Translations under genes and position numbers: made by a program | Shown: piece after piece, positions 58,446-64,000 of the stretch | Layout of the letters: each line of letters opens with the position of its first letter | Numbering within the stretch: the first letter of the stretch is position 1 | Origin: a virus | Lineage: Duplodnaviria > Caudoviricetes | Direction: 5' to 3' (one strand) | Virus record (IMG/VR): IMGVR_UViG_3300032030_000074 | Span: 3,916-67,915 of that record | DNA: 64,000 nt | Notes under the pieces: generated by a model | What the model saw: only the letters and a program-made list of their open reading frames with translations | Databases searched by the model: none | Told to the model about the DNA's origin: nothing

Positions 58446-59553
58446 AGATTTACCAAAATTAACATTTGCGGATGCCGACGTTGACAAACTCCTTGACAAC
58501 GCCTTAACGATAGTACGCGGCTTGCTGAAACGTGAAATAGCACGCGCCGATCCGCTAATGCTTTTTATAAAATCCTTTTTGGCAATAATCGTACAGCAAC
58601 GCCTTTTAATTGACGAGTTAGCAAAGGCTAATCTGCTTGCCTATTCAAGCGGCGCGGCATTGGAGCATTTGGGCGTATTGGTAGGGGTATATCGACTTCC
58701 GGCGGCGGCGGCAAAAACAACGGTGCAAGTCACGCTGTCGGCGCCGCGTGCAAGAGCGATAACCATAATGCAGGGTACACGTGTTCACGCCGGTGACAAC
58801 GTCAATTTCGCGCTTGATTCAGCGGTGATTTTTCCGTCCGGCGAAACGTCAACTACAGTAAGCGCTACCTGCTTGCAGACGGGCGACATAGGCAACGGCT
58901 ACAAGGCGGGTGATTTATGCCACATAGTTGACCCGCAACCCTTTTTAGCGTCGATAGTCAATTTGACCGAGTCAGAGGGCGGAGCCGATATCGAGAGTGA
59001 CGACAGCCTACGCGAAAGGATTCACGAGGCACCGGAGAAATTTAGCAATGCAGGAAGTAAAGGCGCGTACGAATATTGGGCAAAAACGGCGTCGACATTA
59101 ATTTCAGACGTGTACGTTATCAGCGAATATCCTGGCGAAGTCAGCGTTTACGTCTTGCTTGAAGGCGGCGAACTGCCCGATATTGAAATGCTGAATACCG
59201 TTGCCGACGTCTTGAATGATAAAAAGGTACGTCCACTTACTGACTTGGTACACGTCAAGCCGCCACTTGTCACAAACTACGATATCGAAATTAGGTATTA
59301 CATAGCACGCAGTGACGCAGTAAGCGCCGTGACGATACAGCAACGTTGCGAAACGGCGGTTGACGAGTATATAGCGTGGCAAAAGAAGAAATTGGGCAGG
59401 GACATTAACCATACCGAATTGTATTATAAGATTCGCGCGGCAGGTGCTAAACGCGCCGAAATTATTTCGCCGACGTTTACAAAAATAGCGCCGAATGCCG
59501 TAGCGATAGCGCAGAATGTCACTGTATCTTACGGCGGCATTGAGGACGATTAA
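58435..59553 (+). CDS. baseplate J-like protein
   Basis: GAALEHLG, GGADIESDDSLRERI, AGSKGAYEYWA, VRPLTDLV. Confidence 0.93.
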   Translation: MELKDLPKLTFADADVDKLLDNALTIVRGLLKREIARADPLMLFIKSFLAIIVQQRLLIDELAKANLLAYSSGAALEHLGVLVGVYRLPAAAAKTTVQVTLSAPRARAITIMQGTRVHAGDNVNFALDSAVIFPSGETSTTVSATCLQTGDIGNGYKAGDLCHIVDPQPFLASIVNLTESEGGADIESDDSLRERIHEAPEKFSNAGSKGAYEYWAKTASTLISDVYVISEYPGEVSVYVLLEGGELPDIEMLNTVADVLNDKKVRPLTDLVHVKPPLVTNYDIEIRYYIARSDAVSAVTIQQRCETAVDEYIAWQKKKLGRDINHTELYYKIRAAGAKRAEIISPTFTKIAPNAVAIAQNVTVSYGGIEDD

Positions 59554-59569
59554 CGAAGGAGGCGGCGGA

Positions 59570-60754
59570 ATGTTGAAAGAAATTTGGTTACCGAAAATAG
59601 CTGACATACTGCCGCGAAATATTTTAGCCGATAAAAAAATGCACGCGGCGGCAGAGGCATTAGACCTTGAATTAAAGGCGCTGTCTTATGACGCTTGGCA
59701 AGTGCTACACATACCGCGCCTTGATGAACTTAATCACGACGTACTAGACCATTTAGCCTACCAATTCCACGTTGACCATTACGAACCGTCAACAATGCCG
59801 CTTGAAGTCAAGCGCAATTTAATCCGGCAGTCAATCTTGTGGCACCGAATCAAGGGTACACCGGCAAGCGTTGAGGAATTTCTCGGCGCATTCGGCATAA
59901 AAGCTAAAGTTAAAGAGAATTGGGAATATGGCGGCGATCCGTACTTTTTCCGCTTGACTGTTTCGGACGTGGCATATATGGGCGACGACGGTGAAACATT
60001 TATGCGGCTTGTCTACGCGGCGAAAAACGAGCGTAGCTGGCTTGATTTATTTATCTTCGACTTGACGCGCGAACCGCCGGACAACGAACTTTACATAGGC
60101 TTTCCGACGGTTAGTGTTGTTCGCGACGTGATAGACGGCGCAGGACTTGAAACAACTACCAATTCGCTTTACATAGCTGAAAAGACAATCGACGCAACAC
60201 GGAGCGTGATTGATTATGATTCAACCGACTACAACAATATTTCAAATGACTTAGTAGTTACGACGTGGTTACAAATTGGCGGCTATACCGAAATTGCGGC
60301 GGAGGTTGACCCCGACGACACGCAAGAGTGGAGCTTTTCGTATTGGTTATGGACGCGCTATAACAAATGGAAACATAACCCCGACGTTAAAGAGTATGAT
60401 CACCACTTCGACGAGGACGACGGCGAAATTGACCCCGACGACCCCGACTACATTGAACCATTTCCGCTTGGGCGCGACTTTCTGCGGTTATACTGGGAAT
60501 TTCCAGATCGCCGAATCAGATTTATGACGCTGAAAAATCCCCGCCAAAATGTCACGGGTGCAGAGATTAACGCGGTTGGCGATTATGCCGTACTGAATAA
60601 GGCGATTTTAAATTCAAAGGGCTACGCGCCCGACCGAATCAAAAAGGCGCTTTACATTACGCAACGTAAAATTAATTTAATTGGCGGTCACGCACCGAAG
60701 GCTGACAATGGCAAGTTTTCTCCATTGCCGCCGCCAAAACCTAAAGGAGCTTAA
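59570..60754 (+). CDS. P2 gpI-like tail protein with C-terminal extension
   Basis: IPRLDEL..VLDHLAYQFHVD..KRNLIRQSI.WHRIKGT. Confidence 0.85.
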   Translation: MLKEIWLPKIADILPRNILADKKMHAAAEALDLELKALSYDAWQVLHIPRLDELNHDVLDHLAYQFHVDHYEPSTMPLEVKRNLIRQSILWHRIKGTPASVEEFLGAFGIKAKVKENWEYGGDPYFFRLTVSDVAYMGDDGETFMRLVYAAKNERSWLDLFIFDLTREPPDNELYIGFPTVSVVRDVIDGAGLETTTNSLYIAEKTIDATRSVIDYDSTDYNNISNDLVVTTWLQIGGYTEIAAEVDPDDTQEWSFSYWLWTRYNKWKHNPDVKEYDHHFDEDDGEIDPDDPDYIEPFPLGRDFLRLYWEFPDRRIRFMTLKNPRQNVTGAEINAVGDYAVLNKAILNSKGYAPDRIKKALYITQRKINLIGGHAPKADNGKFSPLPPPKPKGA

Positions 60755-60757
60755 GCT

Positions 60758-61540
60758 ATGATTGATATTGATAAAGTGTATAATGCCGATTGTTTGGAAG
60801 GTATGAAGGCGATTGACGACGGAGTTGTTGACTTTGTACTTACAGACTTGCCTTTTGGAATTACCGCCGCACCTTTTGACGTCAAGATTGACCTTGCGAA
60901 GTTTTGGGAGCAGATAAACCGCGTGACTAAGCGGACGGCGGCAATAGCGTTGTTTGCTAATAGCAAATTCCTCATTGAACTCGGTGCGTCGAATATCAAA
61001 AACTACCGCTATAAATGGATTTGGCAAAAAAATTCAACGACAGGCTTTTTGAATGCCAAGAAAATGCCACTAAAAGCGCACGAAGATATTTTGATTTTTT
61101 ACCGTCAACTGCCGACGTACAATCCGCAATTTACGCAGGGCAAACCTAAAAATTGGAATAGTGATAAACAAATAAATTCAAGGTGCTATAATGCTATTAG
61201 GAACAGACGCACGGGTTATCATAATTTGGAAGGTAAGTATTATCCTAAAGATATTGTAGTTTTTAATACTATGCTTTCGGGCGGTGCAAAATATGACAAC
61301 GGTCTACATTGCATACACCCAACAGAAAAACCCGTTGACCTGCTTGAATACCTAATCAAGACGTACACGAATGAAGGCGAATTGGTTTTGGACGCGACAA
61401 TAGGCAGTGGCAGTACGGCAGTCGCGGCAGTAAACACGGGCAGACACTTTATCGGTTTTGAGACCGAGAAAAAATTTTGCGATATAGCGAACGAGAGAAT
61501 ATCAAAGGTGCAAGCTGAAAAGGCTCAGGCGCTTTTTTAA
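60758..61540 (+). CDS. DNA methyltransferase, N6A/N4C beta class (paralog of 36960..37823)
   Basis: VYNADCLEGM...TDLPF...HEDILIFY...EKPVDLLEYLIKTYTNEGELVLDATIGSGSTA. Confidence 0.9.
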   Translation: MIDIDKVYNADCLEGMKAIDDGVVDFVLTDLPFGITAAPFDVKIDLAKFWEQINRVTKRTAAIALFANSKFLIELGASNIKNYRYKWIWQKNSTTGFLNAKKMPLKAHEDILIFYRQLPTYNPQFTQGKPKNWNSDKQINSRCYNAIRNRRTGYHNLEGKYYPKDIVVFNTMLSGGAKYDNGLHCIHPTEKPVDLLEYLIKTYTNEGELVLDATIGSGSTAVAAVNTGRHFIGFETEKKFCDIANERISKVQAEKAQALF

Positions 61541-61556
61541 TTTGGCGGTGATTAAA

Positions 61557-61673
61557 ATGTTTAAAATTGTCGGTAACATAATCGTACGTACATTGGACAT
61601 ACCGCGCAGGACTAAAAAAATACGCAAAAAGGCGCTTGCTCGTGCTTTAACTCTAACTAAAAAAAGCAGGTGA
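61557..61673 (+). CDS. 38 aa basic peptide (not in ORF track)
   Basis: RBS gcggtga; MFKIVGNIIVRTLDIPRRTKKIRKKALARALTLTKKSR. Confidence 0.4.
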   Translation: MFKIVGNIIVRTLDIPRRTKKIRKKALARALTLTKKSR

Positions 61674-61678
61674 TTGAA

Positions 61679-61867
61679 ATGGTTGACAAAACTGTCCGTG
61701 CGAAGAAATACAAAAATTTTTTTGCGAAATATAGAATTCATATTACGGAGTTGTTTCGGCGTTTAGGTGAAATTAAACATACGTCAAAATTTCGGCGTAT
61801 GCAAATACGTAAATGGATGAAGTGGGAGTATATGCACTTTCTTAAAAGCTTAAAAATAGGTGATTGA
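61679..61867 (+). CDS. 62 aa basic hypothetical protein
   Basis: RBS caggtga. Confidence 0.5.
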   Translation: MVDKTVRAKKYKNFFAKYRIHITELFRRLGEIKHTSKFRRMQIRKWMKWEYMHFLKSLKIGD

Positions 61868-61868
61868 A

Positions 61869-61940
61869 ATGGAAAATTTTTTGTGTATATTCTTAGGAGT
61901 ATTGGTCGGCAATTTGTTATATGATTGGTTTAAAGAGTGA
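61869..61940 (+). CDS. 23 aa hydrophobic peptide (not in ORF track)
   Basis: RBS taggtga; MENFLCIFLGVLVGNLLYDWFKE. Confidence 0.45.
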   Translation: MENFLCIFLGVLVGNLLYDWFKE

Positions 61941-61958
61941 AAAAGGCAGGTGAATTAA

Positions 61959-63371
61959 ATGACAGATACAGCGACAGAAACCGCGACTTTTAATCTCGGC
62001 ACGGTCGGAATGATGTGTACGCGCAAAGGCTTAAACGTACTTTCGGCGGGTTTGTCCGGTGAAAGAATTGTATTTACTAAGCTTGCGATTGGCGACGGCA
62101 TTTTGGACGTCACGAGCGACAGCGAATACAGAGTGGCAGTGCTTAACAAAACCGAAATGACTAATTGGCGAATGGATTTACCAATTTGCGAAAACGTCAA
62201 CAAAGGCGACGGCACGATGTTACTTCACGCTATAAAAACCAACGCTGAAATCGTCGAGGGCTTTTTTGCCAGAGAGCAAGCGGTTTTTGCGATTGACCAA
62301 GCGACGGGCGAAGAAATTTTGTACGCCTATAGAAACAGCGGTGACGCCAGTTCATTTCTGCCCGCCAATACCGGACCCGTAGCCAAAACGATTGACTTAG
62401 GCGTCGTCACGGTGATTCAAAACGCGCAAAAAGTAGAGGCAATTTTGGACGCCTCATTTGCATACGTCGGTATGGCTGATTACAAAATTCACGTCGACGC
62501 GGAGCACCCGCACCCCAATATGCCGAATTACTACGGCAATGTTTATGACACCAATGCATTTTGGGCGGCTAATCAAGACAAGCACCTTTACCAAATGTCG
62601 GTAGACAATACGCGGCACGTGATTTTAGGCGACGCGGCGGAGCTTATACCTTCACTCGGCAAGACGATAACCGACAATCAAGCCAAAATTAACACGCTGA
62701 AAATTATTTCGGATTCCAAAAACGAATTGGGCTTAGATGCTAATATGATGATTGTCGAAGATTTTAAACCGACGACCGAAATTGACGTGTACAAAATGAA
62801 AGTTTTGTCCTGCGCACAGAATGGTAAAATTATCGGCGTGCAGTCGGACGAAGGCATTATCGCGGGGCAGTATTATTGGATTTCCGACGGCAACAATCAA
62901 GAATTGGTGCAGGTTATTGGCGCCGTTTATTCTACCGACTACTATCACGTCGAACTTGCCGAGCGGCTGACTTACGGCTACAACTTAAGCACGGTTTATT
63001 TGTATCGGTCGACGGTGCTTGATAACACGGCGACGGTTGACAAAAAATGGCTTAGTTGGACGCCGAAATACACGTTTAAAGGCATTAGCGCGAACATTGA
63101 GAGGGTGAATTATTTGGACACGTCACAATACAACCGCGCGGCGCTAAATATCAGCGGAGAAGGCGTCGTCACGCGGGACGGCTATTTTACCTTGACTAAC
63201 GACGAGGGAAGTTTTGAATACACGCCCGATGAGGACGCAGGTCAAGCGTGGGTGACACAGCCCGACATTGACACGCTTTTTGCGGCGATTGAACGCGACG
63301 CTAATGCTAATAACTTGACGTCGGAAGAAGTAGACGCGCTTGTAGATTTGCAGGAGGGTGGCGAAGGGTGA
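61959..63371 (+). CDS. tail-collar/fibre protein (gpH-like N-terminus)
   Basis: GLNVL..IVFTKLAIGDG, FFAREQAVFA.D..TGEEILYAY, HVDAEHPHP. Confidence 0.8.
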   Translation: MTDTATETATFNLGTVGMMCTRKGLNVLSAGLSGERIVFTKLAIGDGILDVTSDSEYRVAVLNKTEMTNWRMDLPICENVNKGDGTMLLHAIKTNAEIVEGFFAREQAVFAIDQATGEEILYAYRNSGDASSFLPANTGPVAKTIDLGVVTVIQNAQKVEAILDASFAYVGMADYKIHVDAEHPHPNMPNYYGNVYDTNAFWAANQDKHLYQMSVDNTRHVILGDAAELIPSLGKTITDNQAKINTLKIISDSKNELGLDANMMIVEDFKPTTEIDVYKMKVLSCAQNGKIIGVQSDEGIIAGQYYWISDGNNQELVQVIGAVYSTDYYHVELAERLTYGYNLSTVYLYRSTVLDNTATVDKKWLSWTPKYTFKGISANIERVNYLDTSQYNRAALNISGEGVVTRDGYFTLTNDEGSFEYTPDEDAGQAWVTQPDIDTLFAAIERDANANNLTSEEVDALVDLQEGGEG

Positions 63372-63577
63372 AAAAAATACCGCCGAAATATCGCGCTAAA
63401 CATTTGTACAGCAATCAAATTTTTCACGGCAACTTATTTGTGGGGTTTATTGGCGCGTTTATACTTTCAGGCGACTTTCACGCGCGTGTTGACCCCGACA
63501 CAATACAAAAATTTTGCGGCTATGATAAAGACGGCAACGAGGTTTACCGCAGTTACAAACCTAAATTAAAAAGGTGA
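63368..63577 (+). CDS. short YopX-like protein
   Basis: IPPKYRAK...VDPDTIQKFCGYDKDGNEVY. Confidence 0.55.
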   Translation: MKKIPPKYRAKHLYSNQIFHGNLFVGFIGAFILSGDFHARVDPDTIQKFCGYDKDGNEVYRSYKPKLKR

Positions 63578-63582
63578 TTGCA

Positions 63583-63867
63583 ATGGATATACCGTATAAA
63601 TTTCGCGGCATTGATGAGGACGGCAACTTTCACTACGGCGACTTAGTTCAATGCCGCATTTGTATGATTATGGAAGATTACGCCGCCACTAAGGTTCTGC
63701 CGCAGAGTGTTTCGCAACTGGTCGGCTATGACGTGGACGGCAAAGAAATTTACGAAGGTGACACGCTGGTTGATAAAGACGGGAACATTTGGGATAAATT
63801 GGAAATTTATTCAGATGTCGACAACGCCTTCACGGTGCAAAAATATAAATTGCGTTTGAAAAATTAG
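63583..63867 (+). CDS. YopX-like protein
   Basis: IPYKFRG...VLPQSVSQLVGYDVDGKEIYEGD. Confidence 0.7.
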   Translation: MDIPYKFRGIDEDGNFHYGDLVQCRICMIMEDYAATKVLPQSVSQLVGYDVDGKEIYEGDTLVDKDGNIWDKLEIYSDVDNAFTVQKYKLRLKN

Positions 63868-64000
63868 TGATTATTGACAGGTCTGAAAAGACGTTCGCCG
63901 GTGTCACCATTTTTGATTCTTGCAAATAACGTAGCTCGATAAATTCCACTTTTTTCGGCGGCTTCAGCAAGTGTCATTGATTCACCTTTATATTCGACGA
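63864..64000 (-). CDS. 3' end of a second copy of HNH endonuclease A (truncated by window)
   Basis: 63874-64000 is identical to 42703-42829; this copy ends RLFRPVNNH*. Confidence 0.85.
   Translation of the reverse strand, partial: VEYKGESMTLAEAAEKSGIYRATLFARIKNGDTGERLFRPVNNH

Noticed and set aside
556-63427. Many short ORFs in the track overlapping larger genes on either strand
   Set aside because: They are shadow frames with no RBS and no recognisable motif.
1-64000. Stop-codon recoding
   Set aside because: Genes are intact in code 11, all three stops terminate genes, and the tRNA has a normal CCA anticodon.

Overview
The window is almost a whole, circularly permuted genome of a temperate contractile-tailed (P2/Mu-like tail, lambda-like head) phage. 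The host is probably a Firmicute and plausibly a Negativicute/Selenomonadaceae, inferred from RBS and promoter style and protein families. Order: tail-fibre cluster (1-11.7 kb); lysis cassette with an embedded tRNA-Trp; CI/Cro switch with no adjacent integrase; early recombination and replication genes (RNA ligase, Gam, RusA, DnaN, mini-NrdD, DnaB-like helicase, Rep with iterons); late activator, cos-like site, two small terminase paralogs, TerL, portal, ClpP, capsid; sheath, tube, tape measure, baseplate; back to tail-fibre genes. The late region is interrupted by three DNA methyltransferases, a second repressor-controlled module and reverse-strand HNH genes. The most striking signal is that two HNH genes of different architecture carry the same ~135 bp cassette of convergent overlapping promoters, a structured ~100 nt antisense RNA with compensatory changes and a terminator. 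The first HNH gene also has an identical 127 bp second copy at the window edge. All family assignments come from motif recognition by eye; no database search was run.
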